A stretch of DNA of 38,912 nt from a virus: the IMG/VR virus record IMGVR_UViG_3300010356_002141; one strand, 5' to 3'. Position numbers and translations under genes: made by a program. Below the pieces are notes generated by a model, which saw only the letters and a program-made list of their open reading frames with translations, did not search any database and was not told the origin of the DNA. This document shows positions 1 through 10,504 of the stretch, piece by piece. Position 1 is the first letter of the stretch; each line of letters opens with the position of its first letter.

Positions 1-127
1 AAATTCTATTATGGTGATCAATGGAATGAGGAATTGAAGCGGGAATTTGCAGACGTTGGAGCTATGCCTTTTGTTGTTAATAGGGTAGAGCCGATAGTTA
101 CTACTTATGTTTCTCTACAAATAGCAG
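1..127. repeat. Terminal overlap: bases 1-127 identical to 38786-38912 (circular closure; unique length 38,785 bp)
   Basis: Direct comparison of the two window ends. The overlap falls inside an ORF, not at a gene boundary. Confidence 0.95.
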
Positions 128-1710
128 CAAGAAAAAGAATAGCTTATAAAGCCACTACATCTTTATCAAAACATGATTTGCTAGCTGAATATTTAAATAA
201 CATGCTTTATGTTATTCAGGCGCAAAATGATTTTCAAAATAAATCCACTCAGAAATATACTGATGCTTTAATAGGAGGGCTTGGATGGTCTCATTTTGGC
301 TATGAACCTGATAGCACATGTACTTTTTTCTATGATTATGTAGACCCACGAGAAATTTATTTTGACCCAGATGACCAATCTGCTCGTATGGAAGACTCCC
401 AATTTGTTTGCCGCAGTTATTTTGTTAACGGAACAAAATTAAAAAAACGCTATCCTAAATATGCCGAATATTTTGATAATTTGATTGGCAAGCCAGTTGG
501 TACTAATTCCACAGGAGAATTTGCAAGTGGTGGAGCGGGAGCAATTAGAGATGATTATATTCCTTATTCTGATTTAAATCATGGCGATGGATTAGAAGAG
601 TTATGGGTACTTGGTAGGTCAGCACGTATTGTTGAAGTATACTATAAAAAGAACGTTAAATATTATGAGGCAATAGTTGCTTTTCCTCCAGAAACTCCTG
701 ACGGAGTTGTAACCGAGCAATACTTTTCTACCTTTGATAAAGAAATAGCAGAAAGTAGGAAAGTAAAAGGTTCTAATGTAAAAGAACTAGAGGGAACGCA
801 AATTTGGAAAGGTGTATTTTGTGCTGATGTGTTATTGGAACATGGAGCTATTGACGGACAGATACCTAATCAAAAGCATTTCCCGTTAGTGCCTTTATGT
901 TTGAAAAGAAACTATTTGAGTATTCCTTACGGTGTAGTTGATGGGCTTATTCCTCTTTCTACATGTCTAAATTATGTGTGGACTAAAACCATTCATGGTC
1001 TTAATTCAAAATACCTGATTATTGATGAAGATAATGTGAATCTTGAGAAGATGCGACCAATACTCCGAGATGAGCTTAATAGACGTGATGGGATGATTTT
1101 TACTAAAAACCCTCATCAAGTACAGTTAATCAATTCTGAAACATTATTGCCGTTTTTAGAGCGAACACTAACTAGAATTGATTTAGAGTTTGAACAAAGA
1201 ACCCAGTTGTTTGATGAACTAAAAGGAGAACAGACTAACGCAGTAAGCGGTGTTGCTATTCAAGCAAGAGCCGTTAATGCTGCAAGAACTCAAAACCCTT
1301 TGCATGCAACTTATGAACACATGTTATTTTCTGAGGGGCAATTAATCCTTGATACGATTAGAGGTATTAAAAACCTCCAATATGCGTTTAATTACTACAA
1401 AAATAACAAATTTAATACTGGATATTTAAGTGATGAAATATCCACTATTAACTTTGAAATCTTTACTGACTTTGCGCCTAATTTTGCAAGTAGCCACGAA
1501 GAAGAAGCTGCTAAATTTGAGGCTCTACTTAATAGTCCTAATCCAGCATTTATTCTATCAGAACCTCTATTCTTGAAGAAATTAGGTTTTACTGAATCAG
1601 ATAGCTACGCTTTAAATGAAGCATTTATAAAAATGATGCAGGGGCAAGGAAATCAAACAGAAGGGGAAATTAAGGAAGAAATCCCTAATAATCAACAAAA
1701 TGTGAGATAG
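1..1710 (+). CDS. Portal protein, C-terminal part (ORF continues from 38669..38912 across the circular junction; about 608 aa when joined)
   Basis: The frame of track ORF 34..1710 is open from base 1 and joins in-frame with the ATG at 38669. It has an N-terminal FYYGDQW-type motif, portal-like size, and sits directly upstream of the scaffold and capsid genes. Confidence 0.7.
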   Translation, partial: KFYYGDQWNEELKREFADVGAMPFVVNRVEPIVTTYVSLQIAARKRIAYKATTSLSKHDLLAEYLNNMLYVIQAQNDFQNKSTQKYTDALIGGLGWSHFGYEPDSTCTFFYDYVDPREIYFDPDDQSARMEDSQFVCRSYFVNGTKLKKRYPKYAEYFDNLIGKPVGTNSTGEFASGGAGAIRDDYIPYSDLNHGDGLEELWVLGRSARIVEVYYKKNVKYYEAIVAFPPETPDGVVTEQYFSTFDKEIAESRKVKGSNVKELEGTQIWKGVFCADVLLEHGAIDGQIPNQKHFPLVPLCLKRNYLSIPYGVVDGLIPLSTCLNYVWTKTIHGLNSKYLIIDEDNVNLEKMRPILRDELNRRDGMIFTKNPHQVQLINSETLLPFLERTLTRIDLEFEQRTQLFDELKGEQTNAVSGVAIQARAVNAARTQNPLHATYEHMLFSEGQLILDTIRGIKNLQYAFNYYKNNKFNTGYLSDEISTINFEIFTDFAPNFASSHEEEAAKFEALLNSPNPAFILSEPLFLKKLGFTESDSYALNEAFIKMMQGQGNQTEGEIKEEIPNNQQNVR

Positions 1711-1714
1711 ATAT

Positions 1715-2599
1715 ATGAGTGAAAACTTAAATAAAAATAATGTAGACGATGCTTTTGCTAAAATCTTTTTAGGAGAGGTTAATATTGCAGAGAACAAACA
1801 TAGTGAAATTAAATCACAACCAATAGAAATAGAAGAACCAAAAAAGATAGAGGTCAAAGATGAGCAAGAACAAGAAGACATCCAAGAAGAGCCAAAAACA
1901 ACCGAAAAATCAGAAGAACAGCAAAAAGAACTGTTAAAAGCCGATTTAAAGGTTGAATATGAATCATTAAAAAAGCAATTAAATGATGCGAAATCTTGGG
2001 GACATAAGAAAAATGCTGCTTATATTAATGCTAAAAAGAAAATAACTGATTTCTTGTCTAAATTACAGGAAGATTCGCTTATAAATGAAGATGAAGCAAG
2101 TATTGCTCTTAAAGCCTTTGATGAACAGATAAGCGAAGAAGAGCCACAAAGTAATGACAAAGGTAATTCTTATGCTCAGCTAAAGGCCAATCTTGATAAG
2201 GAATTTAATATATTTAAAAAATATAATAAAACTTCGGAGTTAGACGAAAAATACCAAGCTTTTTTTGGATTTTTTCCCTTACTACCTGCTGATGAACAAG
2301 AAAAAATAGTCAATTATATTACTAGTGAAAGTCCAGAAGTGGTAATTGATCATATAATTACTACTGGTTCAGAGATTTACGAAACAGTTTATAAAGGTGC
2401 TACAAAAAGCGGTGGTATTATTCCATTTATAAAATCCTTACATGCTAAAATAGAAAAGCTAGAAAAGCGTAATAAGGAACTAGAGAGCGAAGTTGACACC
2501 ACCGAGGGAATAGTGCATAATAGGTCAATAAATTCTAAAGTTTCTAACCTTGCGAGTACGAAACAAACTAAAAGCTTTGCTGATATTTGGCAAAATTAG
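1715..2599 (+). CDS. Scaffolding-like protein (294 aa, acidic, K/E-rich, coiled-coil)
   Basis: Lies between the portal and major capsid genes. Composition is charged and low-complexity, with no TM segment. Confidence 0.55.
   Translation: MSENLNKNNVDDAFAKIFLGEVNIAENKHSEIKSQPIEIEEPKKIEVKDEQEQEDIQEEPKTTEKSEEQQKELLKADLKVEYESLKKQLNDAKSWGHKKNAAYINAKKKITDFLSKLQEDSLINEDEASIALKAFDEQISEEEPQSNDKGNSYAQLKANLDKEFNIFKKYNKTSELDEKYQAFFGFFPLLPADEQEKIVNYITSESPEVVIDHIITTGSEIYETVYKGATKSGGIIPFIKSLHAKIEKLEKRNKELESEVDTTEGIVHNRSINSKVSNLASTKQTKSFADIWQN
2546..2558 (+). promoter_or_regulatory. Exact copy of 13-nt motif AACCTTGCGAGTA (function unknown)
   Basis: Exact string match. It lies in the 3' end of the scaffold gene, about 250 nt upstream of the capsid ATG, on the sense strand. 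Confidence 0.6.
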
Positions 2600-2811
2600 A
2601 AACAATGGCATTTCTTCAAAGGAAGAGAGGCATTTTATTAATTAATAATGGAGGCGGCCTTAGCCTTACCTGCTAATCATTAATAGTAATTTCTCCCTCA
2701 TAACTTCGCTTTAAAAGATTTCTCCCGTTCTTGGAATTTAATTAATAAAATTTTAGGTTTTTACTTAAAGTTAATATTTTTTAACATTCAAAAAAAGAAA
2801 GGTAATTTAAA

Positions 2812-4047
2812 ATGGCGACATTCGATCGTAGTAATATTTTTCAAAACGAACTGTTCATGAAAAATGTTACAATCCCGTATTTACAGGAGTATAGAAACGT
2901 TACTAATTTTGCCCGTTTCATGGGTGGTAGTGATGCTGTTATTTATAACAAAATGGAAAACAAAGGCGATGGAGATCGTATTGTATTCCCGCTAAGACAA
3001 ACTTTTGATCCTGCTGTTGCAATTGGTAATGAGCAATTAGAGGGTAACGAACAAGAGTTAACTTATGTTAGCGATATGGTAGATGTTGGCAGAATAAGAT
3101 TTGCAACATTGCTAACTGATGTTCAACTTATGAGCTTACAAACTAAGTTTCAATTAGAATCTGACGTTAGAGCTGATTTACTTTCTCAAGCGGATTCACT
3201 AAATACAAAAAGAATTTTACAAGCTTTTGCACTTGCTTTTGATGGTGGTGCTGCTGGAATAAACCCTAGTTTAAATCAACAATTTAGTTACTCTGATTTA
3301 AGAGCTAGAATACTTGCATCTCGTCTTGATCAAGCTGCTGGTGGTATTTCAAGAGCTAGAATATTGATTGGTGATCCAAACCTTGTTGGCGGTAACGCTA
3401 GAACTACTTATGCTGACCTTACAACAGCTTTAGCAGTTGGTCAGTTTCCAGTCGCTACTAACACAATGAACGTATCACATATACGTCAGTTGTTTAACCA
3501 AGCTGCAACTGGTCAAAGTTTACCAATAACCAATGCTGCTTATACAGTTAAAGAATCTTCTGTTAGACCTTATAAATACAAAACACATCAAGGTTTTGAA
3601 GATAAGCGTTATGTACTCTTTATAGCCCCTGAGACTTACAATAAGCTAGCAGCTGATCCAGTATGGCAAGCTCAAGTAAACAGAGGTGTAATTGAGAATC
3701 AAGATCAACCATCAATTCTTTATGGTTCTATGTACAAAGGAACTATTGAGGGTGTAATGGTGATTGTTATACCAGAACTTAGCAATTTCCTTATTACCAA
3801 CGCTGCTGGTAACATTTATGCTTACTCTCTTTTCTGCGGTGCTGCTGCTGTTGGTTTTGGTATGGGTCAAACTCCAACCTTTACTTTCAGAAGTTCTACA
3901 GATTACGAATTGTATAAAGGTCTTGCTCACAATGAAATAAGCGGACTTAAATTGCTTAAATATCCATCCAAGGCTAGAGGTGTTAAAGGAAACAATAACA
4001 ATCTAGTTGAATATGGAATGGTACACTCATTTACAACTATAGCTTAA
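2812..4047 (+). CDS. Major capsid protein (HK97 fold, N4-like/DUF4043-like by eye)
   Basis: 411 aa, positioned after the scaffold gene. The segment KGDGDRIVFPL...LEGNEQELTYVSD..VGRIRFA resembles the LEGNEE-containing capsid family. Confidence 0.8.
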   Translation: MATFDRSNIFQNELFMKNVTIPYLQEYRNVTNFARFMGGSDAVIYNKMENKGDGDRIVFPLRQTFDPAVAIGNEQLEGNEQELTYVSDMVDVGRIRFATLLTDVQLMSLQTKFQLESDVRADLLSQADSLNTKRILQAFALAFDGGAAGINPSLNQQFSYSDLRARILASRLDQAAGGISRARILIGDPNLVGGNARTTYADLTTALAVGQFPVATNTMNVSHIRQLFNQAATGQSLPITNAAYTVKESSVRPYKYKTHQGFEDKRYVLFIAPETYNKLAADPVWQAQVNRGVIENQDQPSILYGSMYKGTIEGVMVIVIPELSNFLITNAAGNIYAYSLFCGAAAVGFGMGQTPTFTFRSSTDYELYKGLAHNEISGLKLLKYPSKARGVKGNNNNLVEYGMVHSFTTIA

Positions 4048-4058
4048 AGAGGTTAATT

Positions 4059-4565
4059 ATGTTTATATTAAATAGATACAACGTTACTACCCCTGCCGCT
4101 GCTGCTGCCGTTGGAGCAGTAAACAACGTAAACCCAAACGTAATAACTGGGGCTACAGGTAATAGTGCTGGTGCAGATTCAGTAACTCCGATTGCTGCTA
4201 ATGCTTCTTATGCTGATCAAGTGATTAGTAAATTAGTTGCAATTAGTATTCCTGGAGGTGGTGGATTATCTGCTGGTGTTAACAATTACCTTACTGTTGA
4301 TTTAGTAAAACTTGGTGTTTCAGGAGTTCGCCCAGTACTTGCAGCTCTCTTGCTAGGTGTTTATGATCCTAATTCTGATGAAAGAGTAGGAGCTGGTGCA
4401 ACACCATCATTTATAGGTATTTGGGACAAAACTGTTGCTAATGTCAACTCTTTATCAGTTGTTAACTCTAAACTGATTTTAAGGATTCCTACTGCTCAAA
4501 TAGCTTTATTTGAAGGCAAAACTGCAATGGTGCAATTATTTTATAGTACTGCTGCTGGTGAATAA
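4059..4565 (+). CDS. Ala/Gly-rich virion protein (possible head decoration protein)
   Basis: 168 aa, with an SD (agagg) and tightly packed after the capsid gene. The strong hairpin at 4578-4599 follows it. Confidence 0.35.
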   Translation: MFILNRYNVTTPAAAAAVGAVNNVNPNVITGATGNSAGADSVTPIAANASYADQVISKLVAISIPGGGGLSAGVNNYLTVDLVKLGVSGVRPVLAALLLGVYDPNSDERVGAGATPSFIGIWDKTVANVNSLSVVNSKLILRIPTAQIALFEGKTAMVQLFYSTAAGE

Positions 4566-4577
4566 CCAAGCATAAAT

Positions 4578-4599
4578 AAAGGAGGTTTTTACCTCCTTT
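4578..4599 (+). terminator. Hairpin aaaggaggt-tttt-acctccttt after the capsid/decoration genes (attenuating terminator candidate)
   Basis: Perfect 9-bp stem with a 4-nt loop, followed by a T-rich stretch. Confidence 0.5.
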
Positions 4600-4618
4600 A
4601 TATCCTTTTAGAGGTATT

Positions 4619-5266
4619 ATGAACGTAACGGAATTAATAGAACTGACAAACCGCTTAAGTACTGATAAGAGCGAGCTAACGCCTAAAGAGCGTGCTGCTT
4701 ATTTGCAATACCTTAATATGGCAAATGATGAGCTTTACGAAATAGCTTCTTCTGGTCTAAACTCGATAGTTCAAGATAAAGTGTTATATTTTCAATTTAT
4801 GGGATCGTTCAAAGATTCTGGCGCATTTACATTACCAGATAATTTATTTAAAATAGACAGTGTTTTTGTTGGTCAATCTTCTTTAAGAAAAGGAAATTAT
4901 ATCAATGCAAGTACTGGTATTGTTCCTGATGAATACATTACTTATAGGAATTATATACTTTGTAATGTAGGTAACTCTTCCTTGAAATATCCAACTGCTA
5001 TTGATCCAACAGATAACGTTAATAAAAAATATTTATATATAACTTATTTTCCTAATCCAAAAAGATTGGTAGAAAACATTAACGATGCTAATCTTGAGAC
5101 TGATACACCAGTTTATCCTTTACCATATCATATATTTTTAGTACATGGAGCGTTATATTACTTCTATTTTAGTAATAAGGTCTTTATGGATAAAATGGCC
5201 TATATCAGGAATGTATGGGAAAATGACAAGAAAATTTTAGCTAATTTTAAAAACTATGGTTTATAA
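4619..5266 (+). CDS. Hypothetical structural protein (possible head-tail adaptor)
   Basis: 215 aa; called on position in the late operon only. Confidence 0.3.
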   Translation: MNVTELIELTNRLSTDKSELTPKERAAYLQYLNMANDELYEIASSGLNSIVQDKVLYFQFMGSFKDSGAFTLPDNLFKIDSVFVGQSSLRKGNYINASTGIVPDEYITYRNYILCNVGNSSLKYPTAIDPTDNVNKKYLYITYFPNPKRLVENINDANLETDTPVYPLPYHIFLVHGALYYFYFSNKVFMDKMAYIRNVWENDKKILANFKNYGL

Positions 5267-7374
5267 TGTTTAATCATCATCCACAAACATTACCGATTCC
5301 ATTTCCATTTAAGGGTATTAACACTAATACTAAAGATGATATATCCTATGGTCGATTTATTCAGAATATACTAGTTAGCGATAATAAAACAGGAGCGTTG
5401 CGGTATGGTACAGAATTAATTGCTAGTTTTCCTTTTTCTGATACTTTTTTTACTCGGGAAGTTTTAGCAATTATGCCATTCTTAAAAGATGATGGAACAT
5501 CTGAAAAATTAGTATATGTGAGTTATCTTGGACAGTCAGCTATTACTCATGAAAATATTACAATTGCTGAACATCCAACTTTAGCTGGATGGTGTAGAGC
5601 GACACTTGTTCTTGCCAATTTTCAACCAGATTATAGAACATTTTTAAGAAATTCAATTAATGATGGGATACGTGTTTATTTTAAACAGGTTCTTGGAGTT
5701 GAAACAGAAATTAGCGTTGTAACATCTACAGATCAATTAATAGTCTTTGATTTTCCTGTTGATAGAGCTAGCATTACTAATCCATTTAATTTTTTTATTG
5801 AAAAAGCTTTAATCGCCAGAGTTACTGCTAACGAAGCTTACGAAATAATAACTGATCAGGTAGACCCGCTTGTTATTGTCTCTTATGTCAACTTTCAAGG
5901 CAAACTATTAATTGCTAATGGAGTTGATCCAGTCAAAGTATATGATGGTAATCAATTAGTAGGTTTAAAAGCTCCTGTTCCTATTCCTAATGTTACTCCT
6001 ATTACTGTAAATGGTTCTAACTTAACTTTTTCTATTCTACAAAATTACCTTGCTACGTTGCAAGCTGATATAAAAGTAGGTGATGGGCTTACTTTAGTCA
6101 GTGATAATGAAAATAGAGCAGTTAGCATTACTAACGTAGTTTATAATGCACCTGCTAATAATCAGGTTGCAATTACAATAACAGTTAATATTGCACCTCA
6201 AGCTAATGTAAAAAAAATATTATATCAAAAACTCTGTCCATCCTTTAGCTATTTAGCTGTTGTTCACAAAAGACTATGGGCAGTAGCAGAGGGTAGAACA
6301 TATAAAAATAAATTTAGATCACCGCTTTTAGCTATGAGAGCTTATTATGCTGCTAAAGTAGAAAGCGTCTACGATTGGTTTAATCCCCAGACTAATCAAA
6401 TTGACTTCATTAATCTAGCTAATAATTCCAGTGTTCCAGATAATCTGGAGGCAATAACAATGTTTGAAGGGAGAACCTTGTTTTTAGGAAGAGAAACAAC
6501 GCAGGTCTTTATTGGAGAAGATCCGACAACTAACGATGATGGACAGAATATTACGTTGCCAGATTTTAAATGGGAACAGACTTTGCCAGTGGGGGTAATT
6601 CAGCAAACTCTATTTGTAGAAGTACCGAATAACCTTATATTTTTATCCAAGTATGGGATTGTTTCTTTGACTTCAGTAAGTGAATACTTGCAAAGGAAAC
6701 TGCAAGTATCCTATCAGTTTTCAACTCCGATTGATCATTATGTCAATAGTCAGCTTAGTTTTATAGAGACTGATAGAGACTTTAGAAGTATGCGAGCTTT
6801 CTTATATCCTTATGGGAGATTTTTAGGTTTTAGGATTAAATATAGCTGTTTTATTTATCAGTTAAATGCTGAGGGAGCATGGGTTGTATTTAGTGAAAAC
6901 TTTGCTGAAAGTTCAAGTATATTATATGATTCAACTACTCAAGACCTATACCTTGGGATGCCGCAAGGAGAATTATTGGTTTACTCTGATAAAGTAGGTA
7001 GGCAATCATATCGTGAATATGGTAAAGGTTATATGTCATGGTTTATTGCCTATAACTGGACATTTTTTGAAAATACATGGTCAAATACTGATATTTACAT
7101 TGATAGTAAAACTTTAGAACCGATTACTGTAATGGTCAGAGTATATCTTGATCAGGACGAGACCCAAAGTATTAATGATCAATTAACTATAGAAAAACAA
7201 GGGGTATTATATGATGTTTCTCCTTTTGGTTTAAAACCATATCCTTTAAATGAAACATCTTTTACTCATGAAATAATAAAATTTACCGCTGATTCTTTAA
7301 TGATTGAATTAAGCGGAATAGGAAATGATTTATTTGTGTTTAATAGATTATTTTTAGCAGGAGGAGCTAATTAA
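5266..7374 (+). CDS. Large tail/structural protein (possible nozzle or tail tubular protein)
   Basis: 702 aa. Start and stop overlap the neighbouring genes (ATG overlaps the previous TAA; TAATG junction at 7371-7376). It precedes the fibre paralogs. Confidence 0.4.
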   Translation: MFNHHPQTLPIPFPFKGINTNTKDDISYGRFIQNILVSDNKTGALRYGTELIASFPFSDTFFTREVLAIMPFLKDDGTSEKLVYVSYLGQSAITHENITIAEHPTLAGWCRATLVLANFQPDYRTFLRNSINDGIRVYFKQVLGVETEISVVTSTDQLIVFDFPVDRASITNPFNFFIEKALIARVTANEAYEIITDQVDPLVIVSYVNFQGKLLIANGVDPVKVYDGNQLVGLKAPVPIPNVTPITVNGSNLTFSILQNYLATLQADIKVGDGLTLVSDNENRAVSITNVVYNAPANNQVAITITVNIAPQANVKKILYQKLCPSFSYLAVVHKRLWAVAEGRTYKNKFRSPLLAMRAYYAAKVESVYDWFNPQTNQIDFINLANNSSVPDNLEAITMFEGRTLFLGRETTQVFIGEDPTTNDDGQNITLPDFKWEQTLPVGVIQQTLFVEVPNNLIFLSKYGIVSLTSVSEYLQRKLQVSYQFSTPIDHYVNSQLSFIETDRDFRSMRAFLYPYGRFLGFRIKYSCFIYQLNAEGAWVVFSENFAESSSILYDSTTQDLYLGMPQGELLVYSDKVGRQSYREYGKGYMSWFIAYNWTFFENTWSNTDIYIDSKTLEPITVMVRVYLDQDETQSINDQLTIEKQGVLYDVSPFGLKPYPLNETSFTHEIIKFTADSLMIELSGIGNDLFVFNRLFLAGGAN

Positions 7375-8387
7375 TGCCTTTGAATCCATTAATTTTTGAT
7401 AATAATTATTTTGCTAAGGTTCAAGCTAGGAATGACTTTATCAAAGCTGGTGATTTTGACAAACAGTTTACTACTATAGGCAGTTACATTAACCAGTTTA
7501 TAGTTCCGACATTAAATCAGTTAATCTCTAGTCAAGTACCTGGTTCTAATAACCCTATAGACGCAAATAAAAATCTTATTAACGTTGGTGACGGCACTAC
7601 TAAATGGGATTTTCCAAAAGCTGAATATATACCAGATTACTCATTATCTCTTAGCAAACTTGTACAAGCAAATGCAGGTTCAATACTTGCTACGGATAAT
7701 AATCAAATATTTAGAGTAGTTAGCCCTAACGGGAGTGGTCTTGCTTTAACAGCGAGAGTGCAAAATACCCCTATTTGGAAAAAAATAGTAGGTAATGAAT
7801 CAATTAGTAATAGAGTAATAACTAGTGATAAAATTGCTTTGCAAGGGCTTAGGTCTGAAAATTTTGGCATAAGTTTTGAAAGAACTTATATTAGAACAGT
7901 TATTAGAAATCAATTAATAGCAGCAAATACAATACCTAGTAGTAAAATAGCCAATGGAGCAATAACTGCTAATGTATTAAGTCAGTCAATGGTTAATTAT
8001 TTAATTGGAATAAATAATACACAAATTGCTCTAGGAGGTAATACTGCTCCTGATAATTTTATTACAAGCCATAAATACATAAATTATTATCCAGGTGCTG
8101 CTTCTCCTGTTGATCATACAAAAATAATACCTGGTTTTCAAATATGGCAGACTTTATATTGTGGAACTGAGGGTTATAAAGCATTTACAGTTCAAAATAT
8201 TGCTAATGGAGCAATTACTAGCCGAAATATTGCAGATGGTAGTTTAAATGGAGAACGTTTATTTTTTTCTCCTGATGGTAAATGGTTTAACAAAAGGACA
8301 CCTAGACCAATATCACAATTATTAGCTGATGGTTGTATAGGAGTACAAAATATACCTGTTAGCTGGAGACAAAAATTAGGGTTGTAA
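7374..8387 (+). CDS. Tail-fibre-like protein, paralog 1 of 3
   Basis: Its N-terminal ~75 aa is shared with the two downstream ORFs (YF..R.....A.DFD.QF....Y.N..I.P..N......NVGDGTTKW). It also carries degenerate I..(S/D)KIA.GAIT-type fibre repeats. Confidence 0.65.
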   Translation: MPLNPLIFDNNYFAKVQARNDFIKAGDFDKQFTTIGSYINQFIVPTLNQLISSQVPGSNNPIDANKNLINVGDGTTKWDFPKAEYIPDYSLSLSKLVQANAGSILATDNNQIFRVVSPNGSGLALTARVQNTPIWKKIVGNESISNRVITSDKIALQGLRSENFGISFERTYIRTVIRNQLIAANTIPSSKIANGAITANVLSQSMVNYLIGINNTQIALGGNTAPDNFITSHKYINYYPGAASPVDHTKIIPGFQIWQTLYCGTEGYKAFTVQNIANGAITSRNIADGSLNGERLFFSPDGKWFNKRTPRPISQLLADGCIGVQNIPVSWRQKLGL

Positions 8388-8388
8388 T

Positions 8389-9444
8389 ATGAGTATAGAT
8401 CAATTTACAAGAGATGCTGCATATTTCCAAGTCATGAGAGATCGCTCTATGATGATAAATGCTGAAGATTTGGATTTGCAATTTAATAATATGGTGGACT
8501 ATTTGAATACAAAGATAGTTCCTATTATAAACAACTTTGTACAAGGTCAATTTATAGGGGTGAATAACCCTGCTTTAGCTGGAGCATGCTTACTTAACGT
8601 TGGTGATGGCACTACTAAATGGGAAAGTATTAATTCTAATATTTTCCCTGATTATTCTATTGCAAGAGCAAAATTTAGCCCCGTTACTCCTTTTAGTATT
8701 ATAGCGACTACTCAAAATAGAAATTGGGTACCTCTACCATCTAATTTAAATGATAGTATATTATTTTCTAGAAATGCACGATCACCTGTTTGGCGTAAAG
8801 TAAATACTGGAGATATTGCTGATAAGACTCTAATAGGTGGTCATATAGCCTTAGGAGCGATAAAGATTGAACATTTAGGAGATGGACTTAGGGAAGCATT
8901 ATTTGCAGCTCCTAGAATAATATTAAATGAAAATATTGCTGAGGCTCAAATCACAGAGGGGAATTTACAAGATAATAGTTTGTCCGCAGAAAAATTAGAT
9001 CCTACATTACTTACAGCTAGACAAAATGGTATAACTGCATGGAATTTTGCTTGGCGTGATAACTCTATAGAAAATAGACATATAGCAGACCAAGTATTGA
9101 TTGGAGGACAAGGTCTTAATAGTGTACCAACTGCGAATGGGCCAAAATACGTTTGTTTGCAAATACGCTATTCTGCCCCTAATACTGATGATAATGCTAA
9201 TTATACATTTACATCTGATAATATTATTGATGAATCCATAACAGAAACTTTGATTGGTCCTACTCCTGGAGTTGGTTTTTACTCAAGATTGTTAAATGAA
9301 TATCAGTTTGAAAATGGTGCAATAGAGCCAAGACATATACAAAATCAAAGCGTTTGGCTTGCTGGTATTGGTCAGGCAAATAGAAATAATTTAATACCTG
9401 CATCAGCACTTGATCCAGTAATTAGATCAAAACTCGGGGTATAG
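8389..9444 (+). CDS. Tail-fibre-like protein, paralog 2 of 3
   Basis: Same conserved N-terminal module (LLNVGDGTTKWES) with a divergent C-terminal two-thirds. Confidence 0.65.
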   Translation: MSIDQFTRDAAYFQVMRDRSMMINAEDLDLQFNNMVDYLNTKIVPIINNFVQGQFIGVNNPALAGACLLNVGDGTTKWESINSNIFPDYSIARAKFSPVTPFSIIATTQNRNWVPLPSNLNDSILFSRNARSPVWRKVNTGDIADKTLIGGHIALGAIKIEHLGDGLREALFAAPRIILNENIAEAQITEGNLQDNSLSAEKLDPTLLTARQNGITAWNFAWRDNSIENRHIADQVLIGGQGLNSVPTANGPKYVCLQIRYSAPNTDDNANYTFTSDNIIDESITETLIGPTPGVGFYSRLLNEYQFENGAIEPRHIQNQSVWLAGIGQANRNNLIPASALDPVIRSKLGV

Positions 9445-10503
9445 ATGGCTGATATATTAAACAGGGATTTATCCTATTTTCGTACTTTGAGAAATAATAA
9501 AAGATTAATAGAGTCTTTTGATATTGATTCTCAATTTGCTACTGTTGCAGATTATTTAAATAATGAAATTATACCGGATGTTAATGCTCTAGTAGCTGGA
9601 GCATTGCCTGGAATCAATGGGAGTCCCGATTATTTTCTAACTAATGTTGGTGATGGTTCTGTTACTTGGAATACATTAAATAATGTTATCGTTGATAGTA
9701 CAATTGCATCTACTAAACTGGAGAAACCACAGAACAATGGAAAAGTTTTAGTCTCCAATAACGCAGGACAATTGGATTTAGCATCTGGTCCCACCTATGC
9801 TAACATGGTACTTACCTATAGAAATGGTGATGTCCCAGAGTATAGGTTTATAAATACTGTTAATATTGAAGATAGGGCTATTACTTATGCAGATATTGCA
9901 AATGGTTCAATAATTAGAGAGCATCTGAATCAGGAAATATTAGATATAATAGATGCTGCTGTTCCTAATGAAAATATAGCAGAGACGTTAAATATTACAG
10001 GTAATAATTTTAATGATTTATCTATTACAACAGATAAATTTGTCCCTAATACTATTACTACATTTAATAAACTTGGCGTAATCCCTAATATTTTGCCAGA
10101 TTTTCCTGCTAATGAGAGTTTGTATTACTCAAAAATTATTTTAAGAAGACATATAAAAAATGGAACTATAACACCTAATAAAATAAAACCTTATACTATT
10201 GGATCATTGCATTTTAACAAGGTTAAATGTATTACAAAAAATAAACTGGCTACTGGGATTATAAATGATACATTTCTGCGGTTAAAACCTGGACAAGAAT
10301 ATGCTATGTATTCCAATGATTCTACTAACAGAACATTACCTTTTACAGCTAGGATGTTATCGCCTAATTTTCGTGTGCAAAGACAGCATTTAGTTGTAGC
10401 AAATACAGATCCTTATGCTGTAAAAGAATTGCATCCTATAGGAGCTAAAGATTTTGAGGACAAGGTATACCTAGCTTTGAGAAGATTTGGAATTACGGGG
10501 TGA
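9445..10503 (+). CDS. Tail-fibre-like protein, paralog 3 of 3
   Basis: Same conserved N-terminal module (LTNVGDGSVTWNT) with a divergent C-terminus. Confidence 0.65.
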   Translation: MADILNRDLSYFRTLRNNKRLIESFDIDSQFATVADYLNNEIIPDVNALVAGALPGINGSPDYFLTNVGDGSVTWNTLNNVIVDSTIASTKLEKPQNNGKVLVSNNAGQLDLASGPTYANMVLTYRNGDVPEYRFINTVNIEDRAITYADIANGSIIREHLNQEILDIIDAAVPNENIAETLNITGNNFNDLSITTDKFVPNTITTFNKLGVIPNILPDFPANESLYYSKIILRRHIKNGTITPNKIKPYTIGSLHFNKVKCITKNKLATGIINDTFLRLKPGQEYAMYSNDSTNRTLPFTARMLSPNFRVQRQHLVVANTDPYAVKELHPIGAKDFEDKVYLALRRFGITG

Positions 10504-10504
10504 A

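Noticed and set aside
1-127. Physical direct terminal repeats (T7/N4-like DTR)
   Set aside because: The repeat lies within the portal coding sequence, and its length equals a common assembler k-mer. A circular-closure artefact is more parsimonious.
2600-2811. 23-codon ORF and a possible promoter or hairpins in the 212-bp scaffold-capsid spacer
   Set aside because: The ORF is too short and has no SD. The hairpins are only 4-5 bp, and no good -35/-10 pair was found. The spacer is unusually long but I could not support a specific element.
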